Assembly (NCBI GenBank): GCA_964573795.1
Contig: CAZNMF010000049.1
Location: forward strand, 1,232 to 65,231
Reading direction: 5' to 3'
DNA: 64,000 nucleotides
Origin: an uncultured Solibacteraceae bacterium
GTDB taxonomy: Bacteria > Acidobacteriota > Vicinamibacteria > Vicinamibacterales > SCN-69-37
This document shows, in pieces, positions 23,414 to 31,943 of the stretch; position 1 is the first letter of the stretch; every line of letters begins with the position of its first letter. The position numbers and the translations under genes are program-made. Under the pieces are notes generated by a model. The model ran no database searches. It saw only the letters and a program-made list of their open reading frames with translations, and was not told the DNA's origin.

Positions 23414-24453
23414 AGATCGGCGCCGTCTCGATCGAACATCCCGTCGCGCTGGCGCCGATGGCCGGCATGACGGACACCGCGTTCCGCCGCCTCGTCAAGC
23501 GCAAGGGCGGATGCGGTCTCGTCGTGACCGAAATGGTCAGCTCCGAGGGCCTCGTGCGCGGGATCGATCGCACGCTCGAGTACGCGGAGTACACCGAGGA
23601 AGAGCGCCCAGTCTCGATCCAGATCTTCGGCGGCGATCCCGCCGTGATGGCCGACGCCGCGCAGGTCGTCGAAGGCATGGGCGCGGACATCGTCGACATC
23701 AACATGGGATGTCCGGTCCCGAAGATCGCCAAGCACAACGCCGGATGCAGTCTGATGCGCGAGCCAGAGCACGCGGCGAGTGTCGTGCGCGCGATGGCCA
23801 AGGCGGTCAAGATTCCCGTGACCGTCAAGATGCGTGCGGGCTGGAACGAGCACGAGATCAACGCGCCCACGCTGGCGCGCATGGCGCAGGACGCCGGCGC
23901 CGCCGCGCTCGCCGTCCACGGACGCACGGCCGCCCAGTCGTACACGGGCGAGTCGGACTGGACGCTGATCGAACGCGTCGCGGCCGCGGTGTCGATTCCG
24001 GTGTTCGGATCGGGCGATTGCGTCCTGCCCGACGACGTCGTTTCGCGCCTCGCGAGCGGACGCGTGGCAGGGGTGCTCGTCGGCCGCGGTGCGCTCCGCA
24101 ATCCCTGGATCTTCAGCCAGGCCGCAAGCGCGATCGACGGCGGCCTGCCCTCGGCGGTTTCGCTCGCGGAGCGAGGCCGGTTCCTGCTCGACTATGTCGA
24201 CCTGCTGCTCGCCGAGCGCGTTGCCGAGAGCGACGGGTTCAGGCACTCGGCTCCAGGGCATGCACCGGCGCCGCCGGCGGCGGCCAGGGGCCGCGAACGC
24301 TGGGTGATCAACAAGCTCCGTGCGTTGGGATCCTGGTATACGAAGGGGCTCGACGGCGGAAGCCAGCTTCGGGTCGCCATCAACAGCGCCGAGTCAATCG
24401 AGGCGCTGCGCTCGATCATCGGCAGCTTCTTCATGAACGAAGCCGCTGCATAG
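23410..24453 (+). CDS. tRNA-dihydrouridine synthase (Dus family)
   Basis: GTG start overlaps the previous stop. Contains LAPMAGMTDTAFRRL, INMGCPVPKI, and HGRTAAQSYTG. Confidence 0.9.
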   Translation: MKIGAVSIEHPVALAPMAGMTDTAFRRLVKRKGGCGLVVTEMVSSEGLVRGIDRTLEYAEYTEEERPVSIQIFGGDPAVMADAAQVVEGMGADIVDINMGCPVPKIAKHNAGCSLMREPEHAASVVRAMAKAVKIPVTVKMRAGWNEHEINAPTLARMAQDAGAAALAVHGRTAAQSYTGESDWTLIERVAAAVSIPVFGSGDCVLPDDVVSRLASGRVAGVLVGRGALRNPWIFSQAASAIDGGLPSAVSLAERGRFLLDYVDLLLAERVAESDGFRHSAPGHAPAPPAAARGRERWVINKLRALGSWYTKGLDGGSQLRVAINSAESIEALRSIIGSFFMNEAAA

Positions 24454-24454
24454 G

Positions 24455-24811
24455 TCAAAAGGCCAATTTGTTGGCCGCGTCAGCGGCATCAACGTCGACC
24501 CACTCGACTTCAGAGACGATGGCGCGCTCGCAGTACTCCCAAAACAATCGTCCCAGCACTTCGTGCTTGGGGTCGTTCAGGTAGCCGACAAGTCCTTCGG
24601 CGCCATCAAATTCGAGCACGGCTGCGTATTTGTAGGTCGTGTCACCAAGCGACCTGCCATATCCAGGATCGATCTCGACTCTGCGTCCAACCGAGAGCCG
24701 CCTGACCGTCTCGATAGACCTGCACGTCTCAATCACGGATTGGGCAAATGCCAATTTCTGAGACTGATCCAGTCCGGCCTTTGGCTCGAAGAGCACGATG
24801 TGCGCAATCAT
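24455..24811 (-). CDS. Dabb (stress-responsive alpha/beta-barrel) domain protein
   Basis: 118 aa with MIAHIVLFEPKAG... and ...YKYAAVLEFDGAEGLVGYLNDPKH..., the typical Dabb pattern. Last gene of the EBP operon. Confidence 0.7.
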   Translation of the reverse strand: MIAHIVLFEPKAGLDQSQKLAFAQSVIETCRSIETVRRLSVGRRVEIDPGYGRSLGDTTYKYAAVLEFDGAEGLVGYLNDPKHEVLGRLFWEYCERAIVSEVEWVDVDAADAANKLAF

Positions 24812-25209
24812 CGGGATCGCTTGGGGCCGCGCGACTGCGGCGGGCGACGGGGAGGCCGGCGCTGGCCGTCACCAGCGTCACTGGTCTTCGCGGAGATCAG
24901 GCGGCGTTTGAAGCGCGCGCGCTTCTCGTCGCGCGTGAGTTTGTACTTGGCTCGTGGATCGACATGAGCGCCGCCTGGCCGCCATTCGCGATCCCGCGCC
25001 GCGCTCGCCCGTCGTCGTGCCGCGAACGCGTCGTCGGCTGCCTGCGGCGAGTCCCAGAATCGCCCGCGATCGAACCACTTGAGTGCCACGTTCGGCTGCG
25101 TGCGCTGGAGCTGACGGAGCGTCGGCAGCAGATCCTCGGCCCGTCTCGCGCGAAAAGCCGTCGGCTGCGCGCCCGCGACGATCACCCAGCAGCAGAATCG
25201 CTTCGTCAT
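24808..25209 (-). CDS. Hypothetical 133-aa protein with strongly basic C-terminal tail (family not recognised)
   Basis: ORF MTKRFCCWVIVAGAQPTAFRARRAEDLLPTLRQLQRTQPNVALKWFDRGRFWDSPQAA..., then an Arg/Lys/Pro-rich tail. The ATG lies 3 nt after the EBP stop, and there is an ATGA overlap with the Dabb gene. Confidence 0.55.
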   Translation of the reverse strand: MTKRFCCWVIVAGAQPTAFRARRAEDLLPTLRQLQRTQPNVALKWFDRGRFWDSPQAADDAFAARRRASAARDREWRPGGAHVDPRAKYKLTRDEKRARFKRRLISAKTSDAGDGQRRPPRRPPQSRGPKRSR

Positions 25210-25212
25210 CGC

Positions 25213-26598
<1,386 letters not shown>

Positions 26599-26778
26599 GA
26601 AAGCGACGGTATCTTGACACGAAGCGCGGGCCGAATCGAGGGTGAGGCCTGCGGCGGAGTCGCCGCCAGGAGGCAGCCAGTTAAAGTCACCGTCGAACGT
26701 CGCCGATATTGTGGGTGAACGCGCCCTCGGGCGCGCGGCCGAGTGCACAACCTCCCTCGGCCGCTGGATGGGTGAGCG

Positions 26779-27000
26779 ATGCTGCTAGAACGAAAGACCG
26801 TATCGATTCCGCGGGCGTGCGAGCTGGTCGGTGTCAGCCGCCGCACCATTTACAACTGGATCGCCGGGGGCAAGGTGCAGTACGTCCGGACAGCCGGCGG
26901 TTCCGTCCGTATTTTCGAGGACACGCTCTGGCGTAATCCGGACGCCTCGAACGACGAGCAGGGAGCGGCCTGGACGCAGCGACTCAGTCGTGGCGCCTGA
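26779..27000 (+). CDS. Small excisionase/MerR-superfamily HTH DNA-binding protein
   Basis: 73 aa with ...SIPRACELVGVSRRTIYNWIAGGKVQYVRTAGGSVRIF..., the pattern of HTH_17 / excisionase-family domains. Confidence 0.7.
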   Translation: MLLERKTVSIPRACELVGVSRRTIYNWIAGGKVQYVRTAGGSVRIFEDTLWRNPDASNDEQGAAWTQRLSRGA

Positions 27001-27235
27001 CCCATCGACGGCACCGCCATCGCCTCTCGATCCCGCTGCGCTGTCGCAGGTCTTTCACCGGCTGAACAACCAGCTCGGTGTGATCCTCGCGAACGCCGAG
27101 CTGCTCGAAGCTCGTCTGACCGAAGACACCCAGCGCGCCAGGGCCAGCCAAGTGGTCTCCGGCGCGCTGGAAGCGATCTCGGCGATTCAGGATCTCCGAC
27201 GGATCGTCGGCCTGAACAACCCGGCCAACCGCTAG
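26990..27235 (+). CDS. Stand-alone DHp-like (HisKA helix-hairpin only) small protein, about 81 aa
   Basis: C-terminal part of track ORF 26831..27235. GTG at 26990 overlaps the HTH gene's end by 11 nt. The sequence ...QVFHRLNNQLGVILANAELLEARL...RARASQVVSGALEAISAIQDLRRI... resembles the H-box helix (HDFNNLLTVILGxAELL type) plus a second helix of histidine-kinase dimerisation domains. No ATPase domain follows. High GC3 from the H-box onward. Start codon uncertain. Confidence 0.5.
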   Translation: MAPDPSTAPPSPLDPAALSQVFHRLNNQLGVILANAELLEARLTEDTQRARASQVVSGALEAISAIQDLRRIVGLNNPANR

Positions 27236-27261
27236 CGCCCATGTCGGCGCGATGACAACCC

Positions 27262-27275
27262 TGACAGCCCTGTCA
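27262..27275. promoter_or_regulatory. Perfect inverted repeat TGACAG-CC-CTGTCA (candidate enhancer/UAS)
   Basis: 6-2-6 palindrome, with an extra direct TGACA at 27253-27257. Centred about 150 bp upstream of the -24/-12 promoter at 27420-27435. Confidence 0.4.
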
Positions 27276-27419
27276 ATCGGCCGACACCAAACGGCCGGGA
27301 TGTTCGCGCCGCTTCACGGCAATTCACAGTCCATCAGCAGACGCTAACTGACGCTCGGAAAGCGATTTAGGGGCACTTGATTCCTCGCGTGGCTTCCGGC
27401 GCCTCACCCGATTTTCACA

Positions 27420-27435
27420 TGGCATCGCTGTTGCC
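27420..27435 (+). promoter_or_regulatory. Sigma-54 (-24/-12) type promoter TGGCAT-N5-TTGCC
   Basis: The sequence tGGcatcgctgttGCc has exact GG-N10-GC spacing and matches TGGCAC-N5-TTGCW at all but one position. It lies 40 nt upstream of the sigma-factor ATG and is followed by the RBS GGAGGAGG (27462-27469). Confidence 0.65.
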
Positions 27436-27474
27436 TTGGTGACTGGTCCCGGCCGTGTGCCGGAGGAGGTCTCA

Positions 27475-28290
27475 ATGCAACGCGTGCCCTTGGCGGCATC
27501 TGAACAGCGGCGGGTCGAAGCGGGTCTCCCGTTCGTCGAGTCGCTGGCCCGACGCATGGCGTCGACCATGCCGCACTCGATCGACCTGGGCGATCTCGTG
27601 CAGGACGGCGTGCTCGGGCTGATCGACGCCGCGCACCGCTTCGACGAGGCGCGCGGGATCAAGTTCGAGACGTTCGCCGAGCGCCGCGTCCGCGGGGCGA
27701 TGATCGACGCGCTGCGCCGGGACGCGTGGCCGCGCGGCGTCCGCCGCGTCCGCCGCGAGCTCGAGGCCGCGCGCGAGCAGTTGCGTCGCGAGCTCGGCGC
27801 CGAGCCGACGATTGCCGACCTCGCGCGCCGCGTCGGCGCCGACGAGGCGCAGTTGGAGCGCACGATCGTCCGCATCAGCACCATCGAGTCCACCTCACCG
27901 CTGGCCAATCTCGAGACGATGGACAGCTCGACGCTGCCGCCGGTGCTCGTGCCGAGCGAGCCCGTGTCGCCGGAACGGCTGTTCGAGCAGAGTCAGACGC
28001 GCGAGCGCGTCCGCGCCGCGCTGGTGCAGCTTCCCCCGCGCGAGCGGCGGATCCTGTCGCTCTACTATTTCGGCGATGCGACGATGAAGCAGATCGGCCA
28101 GGAGATCGGCGTCAACGAATCGCGCGTCTCGCAGCTGCACGCGCGCGCCATTCAGCGCCTGCGCCGCCTGCTGACCGCGCCGGCGCGCACCGAGCCCGTC
28201 AAGGGGCCGCGCCTGGTCGCGAAGACGACGCGGCAGAAGTATCCGGTCGCGCGCCCGCGTCCGGCCGTGCTGCCGAGCCGCGCCGCGTAG
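27475..28290 (+). CDS. FliA/WhiG-family (sigma-28-like) RNA polymerase sigma factor
   Basis: Inner ATG after a strong RBS. Region 2 is DLVQDGVLGLIDAAHRFDEARGIKFETFAERRVRGAMIDALRRDAWPRGVRR (the D-W-x-P-R hallmark of FliA-type sigmas). Region 4 is ...RERRILSLYYFGDATMKQIGQEIGVNESRVSQLHARAIQRLR... Confidence 0.85.
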   Translation: MQRVPLAASEQRRVEAGLPFVESLARRMASTMPHSIDLGDLVQDGVLGLIDAAHRFDEARGIKFETFAERRVRGAMIDALRRDAWPRGVRRVRRELEAAREQLRRELGAEPTIADLARRVGADEAQLERTIVRISTIESTSPLANLETMDSSTLPPVLVPSEPVSPERLFEQSQTRERVRAALVQLPPRERRILSLYYFGDATMKQIGQEIGVNESRVSQLHARAIQRLRRLLTAPARTEPVKGPRLVAKTTRQKYPVARPRPAVLPSRAA

Positions 28291-28351
28291 GGCCGCGCGA
28301 CCGGCGTCCAACATCGAACACGACCGCCGAGGCGGATCGGTCGAATCGACG

Positions 28352-29905
28352 CTATCGCAGCGTTTCGCGCGCGACGCGCACCAGGTCGCGAAGACGGAAC
28401 GGCTTGGGCACCCAGCGGCAGCCGCTCTCTTCGAGGAAGCGCTCCGCCTCCGTGCCCGCGACGTCACCGGTCACGAAAATCAGCCGGCGCGCGATGTGCG
28501 GCATCTTGGCCGAGACTTCGCGGAAGAACGCCATGCCGTCGACCTTCGGCATCTTCAAGTCGCAGATGATTACGTCGTAGTGCGTCTCGCGCACTTTCTT
28601 CAGCGCCGCTTCGCCGTTCTCCGCGCGATCCGTCCGGAACCCTTCATCGGCCAGCGCCGCCGCCACCGCGTCGCCGAGCGCGGGCTCGTCCTCCACGACC
28701 AGCGCGCGCGTGCCCTTTGGCACGTCCGGCAGCGGCTGCGCGGGCGCCGGCTCCTGCGTGCGCAGTGACGCGCCGCTCACCGGCAGCTCGAGCAGAAACG
28801 ACGCGCCGCCTTCCGGCAGCGACGACACGCTGATGCGGCCACCGTGCTCCTGCGCGATCGCGTACGCGACGGTCAGCCCGAGTCCTGTGCCCTTGCCGAC
28901 GGGCTTCGTCGTGAAGAACGGCTCGAAGACCTTGTCCTGCACCTGATCCGGCACGCCAGGACCGTCGTCGGCGACTTCGAGGACGACGGCGTCGCTCTCG
29001 GCGTCGTGCCAGGAGCGCAACGTGAGCGTGCCGCGGCCGTGTGCCTCGAGCATCGCCTGCTCGGCGTTGATCACCAGATTGAGGACGATCTGCTGGATCT
29101 GGTGCGGATCGACGAAGACCGGCGGCAGCGACGAGGCGAGCGAGTCGGCGATGGCGATCTGGCTGCCACGCTGGTCGTAGGCGCGCAAGGCGAGCGTCTC
29201 GCGCACGACCTGATTGATGTCGACGGTCATGCGCGTCGTGTGACGCTTGCGCGCGAACGTCTGCAGGTTGCGGACGATGCGCGCGGCGCGCTCGGCGGCG
29301 TTGTGGATGGCGTCGAGATCGCGCCGCGTGACGTCGTCGACGCGCTGGCCCGTGAGCCGCTCGGCGCACGCCAGGATCGTGGCCAGCGGAGTGTTCAGCT
29401 CGTGCGCCACGCCCGACATCGTCTGGCCGAGGGAGGCCATCTTCTCGGATTGCGACAACTGATGGGCGAGCTCGCGGCCCTGATCCTGCAGCTTCTTGCG
29501 ATCCGTCACGTCGCGCATGATCGCTTCGACGCGCAGCGTCGCGCCGGATGCGAGCGTCTCGGCGCGCGCGGTGACCTCGATCCACATCGCCGTGCCGTCG
29601 AGGCGCCGCACGCGCACGAGCGTGTCGCGGGCCGCGCCGTCGCGCGCGAGCTGACGCAGGAGCTCGGCGCGCGCCAGCTCGTCGACGAAGCGATTGGGAT
29701 CGAACGGGCGCACCTCGGCGGCCGGGGCATCGTCGGGCCAGCCGAACATGACGCGCAGGTGGCGATTGGCCGCGAGCGTCGCCGTCTCCGCCGGTCCGAT
29801 CAGGCCGATGTAGACGCCCTCGGGAAGGTTGTCGAAGAAGTGGGCGAACGCGTCGAGCGAGAGCGCCGACGAATCGCGGCGGCGAGCGGGGGAACGCGGC
29901 GTCAC
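28352..29905 (-). CDS. Soluble hybrid sensor histidine kinase (PAS-HisKA-HATPase-REC)
   Basis: PAS-like segment (...GTAMWIEVTARAE...IMRDVTDRKK...), H-box SGVAHELNTPLATI, N and G boxes (LVINAEQAM, DDGPGV, GKGTGLGL), and C-terminal REC (ALVVEDEP...DVIICDLKMPKVDG). No TM segment. The start is set at a GTG 2 nt after the upstream stop; the track ORF's N-terminal extension overlaps the PCYCGC gene and is rejected. Confidence 0.85.
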   Translation of the reverse strand: MTPRSPARRRDSSALSLDAFAHFFDNLPEGVYIGLIGPAETATLAANRHLRVMFGWPDDAPAAEVRPFDPNRFVDELARAELLRQLARDGAARDTLVRVRRLDGTAMWIEVTARAETLASGATLRVEAIMRDVTDRKKLQDQGRELAHQLSQSEKMASLGQTMSGVAHELNTPLATILACAERLTGQRVDDVTRRDLDAIHNAAERAARIVRNLQTFARKRHTTRMTVDINQVVRETLALRAYDQRGSQIAIADSLASSLPPVFVDPHQIQQIVLNLVINAEQAMLEAHGRGTLTLRSWHDAESDAVVLEVADDGPGVPDQVQDKVFEPFFTTKPVGKGTGLGLTVAYAIAQEHGGRISVSSLPEGGASFLLELPVSGASLRTQEPAPAQPLPDVPKGTRALVVEDEPALGDAVAAALADEGFRTDRAENGEAALKKVRETHYDVIICDLKMPKVDGMAFFREVSAKMPHIARRLIFVTGDVAGTEAERFLEESGCRWVPKPFRLRDLVRVARETLR

Positions 29906-29907
29906 GC

Positions 29908-30426
29908 TCAGCCGCCGGCGGGCGGTTGCGGCGTCGGCGTGTGACCCATGTGGCGCCCGCCGAAGCGCTGTTCGACCGCAGCGCGGATTTGCGCCACCGA
30001 CGCGCCCGCGTCGTGCATCTGCATCGCCATCTGCGCGACGTCCACGCACACTTCGCAGCCGATGCCGTGCTCGTCCCATTCGACGACATGGCCCTGGCTG
30101 TCTCGACGCTTGACGTAGCAATCGTGGTTCGCCTGATGCCCGCCGCGCTCGCAGCCGCAGAAGCACGGCACGTAGCGCAGGACTTCCGGATGCCGCGCGG
30201 CGAACGCGTACGCGCTCTTCACGACGGGCACCGGACGGACGGCGTACGACAAGCTCGACGGCAGCGGCGGCAAGTCGCTCGCGACGATGTTGAAGCCGGA
30301 AGACGCGCCGCTCGCCGGCGCGCTGGAGGCGCTCGACGACGAGGACGCGCCCGGCGAGCACGAGCCCGCCGCGATCGCAGCGGCCAGGACGGCCGCGGCC
30401 GTCGACGCGCGAGTCGATGTGCGCAC
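29908..30426 (-). CDS. PCYCGC-motif (lipo)protein
   Basis: 172 aa with a GTG start. Signal/lipobox-like N-terminus ...AAAIAAGSC, a Ser-rich linker, then ...VLRYVPCFCGCERGGHQANHDCY...CEVCVDVA... matching the PCYCGC-motif domain pattern. Confidence 0.75.
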   Translation of the reverse strand: MRTSTRASTAAAVLAAAIAAGSCSPGASSSSSASSAPASGASSGFNIVASDLPPLPSSLSYAVRPVPVVKSAYAFAARHPEVLRYVPCFCGCERGGHQANHDCYVKRRDSQGHVVEWDEHGIGCEVCVDVAQMAMQMHDAGASVAQIRAAVEQRFGGRHMGHTPTPQPPAGG

Positions 30427-30462
30427 GCGGGAATCTTATCATCCGCTGTAGACTGGCCGGAC

Positions 30463-31416
30463 ATGGCGCGACTCCCCAGAATCAGCGAGATCACCGGCAC
30501 ATCGGCTGGCACCGGCTTCTTCCTGTGCGCGAAAAAGGAGCGGCGGACGGGGCGATCCGGCGCGTTCCTCGTGCTCGTGCTGCAGGACGCCAGCGGCAGC
30601 ATCGACGCGAAGATCTTTCAGGACGTCGACATCGCTCAGGCGCAGTTCGAGACGGGTGAGTTCGTCGCGGTCCAGGCCAAGGGCAATCTCTTCAACCAGC
30701 GGCTCGAGCTCATCGTCGACAAGATCCGGCGCGTGATTCCCGAGGACGAGAAGAACGGGTTCCGGCCGGAGGACTGCATTCCGTGCTCGCCGCGGCCCCT
30801 CGACGAGATGTGGGCCGAGCTGACCTCGCGCGTGGCGAGCGTCGAGTCGCCGGCGATCCGCGATCTGCTGGAGCGGTTCGTGGCGCGCTACGGCGATCGG
30901 CTGCGCGTCTGGCCCGCCGCGCGACAGGTGCATCATGCGTATCGCAGCGGCCTGCTCGAGCACGTGCTGAAAATCATGGACGTGGCCGTGTTCATGGCCG
31001 ACACGTACGGCCTGCGGCGCGATCTCGTGATCGCCGGCGCGCTGCTGCACGACATCGGCAAGCTCCAGGAGCTGACGTACGACGTCGCGATCGACTACTC
31101 GGTCGAAGGCAACCTCGTCGGCCACATCGTGATCGGCGTCGGGATGCTGAAGGAGATCCTGCGGGAGACGCCGGAATTTCCTGAAGAGACGGCGCTCGAG
31201 ATCGAGCACCTGATCCTGTCGCACCACGGCTCGAAGGATCTCGGATCGCCGGTGCCGCCGATGACGCCGGAAGCCTTCGTGCTTGCCGCGGCCGACGACA
31301 TCGACGCGAAGATGCACCAGATTCGCCGGCACCTCGCCGAGGATGGATCAGACGGCCGGTTCACGACCTATCACCGCTATCTCGAGCGCGTGCTGCTGAA
31401 GCCCGCGAAGTCCTGA
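30463..31416 (+). CDS. YhaM-like 3'-5' exoribonuclease (OB-fold + HD domain)
   Basis: Inner start MARLPRISEI. N-terminal OB-fold (...FLVLVLQDASGSIDAKIF...) and HD domain (HHAYRSGLLEHVLK...GALLHDIGK...ILSHHG). Confidence 0.8.
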   Translation: MARLPRISEITGTSAGTGFFLCAKKERRTGRSGAFLVLVLQDASGSIDAKIFQDVDIAQAQFETGEFVAVQAKGNLFNQRLELIVDKIRRVIPEDEKNGFRPEDCIPCSPRPLDEMWAELTSRVASVESPAIRDLLERFVARYGDRLRVWPAARQVHHAYRSGLLEHVLKIMDVAVFMADTYGLRRDLVIAGALLHDIGKLQELTYDVAIDYSVEGNLVGHIVIGVGMLKEILRETPEFPEETALEIEHLILSHHGSKDLGSPVPPMTPEAFVLAAADDIDAKMHQIRRHLAEDGSDGRFTTYHRYLERVLLKPAKS

Positions 31417-31899
31417 TCAGGACGCCGCGGCCGTTTCGCTGCTGCTCGCGCTCGTCTTCGGACCGAGCGCAAACGTCATCGTGCCGTCGCAGACGACGAC
31501 GCCGTTGACGCGCGCCGCTCCGCTCAGGATGCCCATCCGGCTGCGCAGACGCTTGACGATGGCCTCGATCTCGACGGTATCGCCGGGATGGACTGGACGC
31601 CGGTAGCGGACGCGCTCGATGCCCATGAAGAGCGGAATCCGTTCCCGGTTTTCGGGCTTGGCCAGAATGAGGATGGCGCCCACCTGCGCGATCGCTTCCG
31701 TCAGGATCGTCGGCGGCAGCACTGCGCGATCGCCGCCGACGCCGTGCCAGAGATAGCGATCGTTCTGGGACACGTTCTTGATCCCGATGATGCGGCGATC
31801 GGCTTCCAACTCCGTCACGCGATCGACGAGCAGGAACGGATAGCGATGGGGAAGAATGCGTTCGATCGCGGCGTAGTCGAGCGGAAGCTGTAAACTCAT
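31417..31899 (-). CDS. fabZ: 3-hydroxyacyl-ACP dehydratase FabZ
   Basis: Contains ...ILPHRYPFLLVDRV...IGIKNVS...GHF-equivalent region and PGDTV. 160 aa. Confidence 0.93.
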   Translation of the reverse strand: MSLQLPLDYAAIERILPHRYPFLLVDRVTELEADRRIIGIKNVSQNDRYLWHGVGGDRAVLPPTILTEAIAQVGAILILAKPENRERIPLFMGIERVRYRRPVHPGDTVEIEAIVKRLRSRMGILSGAARVNGVVVCDGTMTFALGPKTSASSSETAAAS

Positions 31900-31943
31900 T
31901 TTTCTGCCAGTATAATTCCAGTTGCCGTCCTCCCCGTCCGTTC

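Noticed and set aside
26664-26680. Possible second sigma-54 promoter on the minus strand (CTGGCTGcctccTGGCG) upstream of the EBP operon.
   Set aside because: GG-N10-GC spacing is correct, but the -12 element is TGGC rather than TTGC and the -24 element is degenerate. It is too weak to call without a PWM score or transcript data.
26779-27000. Excisionase-family HTH as evidence of an integrated prophage or genomic island.
   Set aside because: No integrase, recombinase, tRNA attachment site or direct repeats occur nearby. Composition is like the host genome, so it is more likely a regulatory HTH.
28352-30442. 696-aa version of the histidine kinase, and a 496-aa version of the YhaM-like gene (29926-31416).
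   Set aside because: Both N-terminal extensions overlap the well-supported PCYCGC-motif gene and have non-protein-like composition. Internal starts give normal domain boundaries.
31913-31918. TATAAT hexamer in the 44-bp fabZ / GAF-PP2C divergent spacer as a promoter -10 box.
   Set aside because: It is a perfect hexamer, but the best -35 candidate 17 nt upstream (GTAAAC) is poor and lies inside fabZ. I left it uncalled as a feature.
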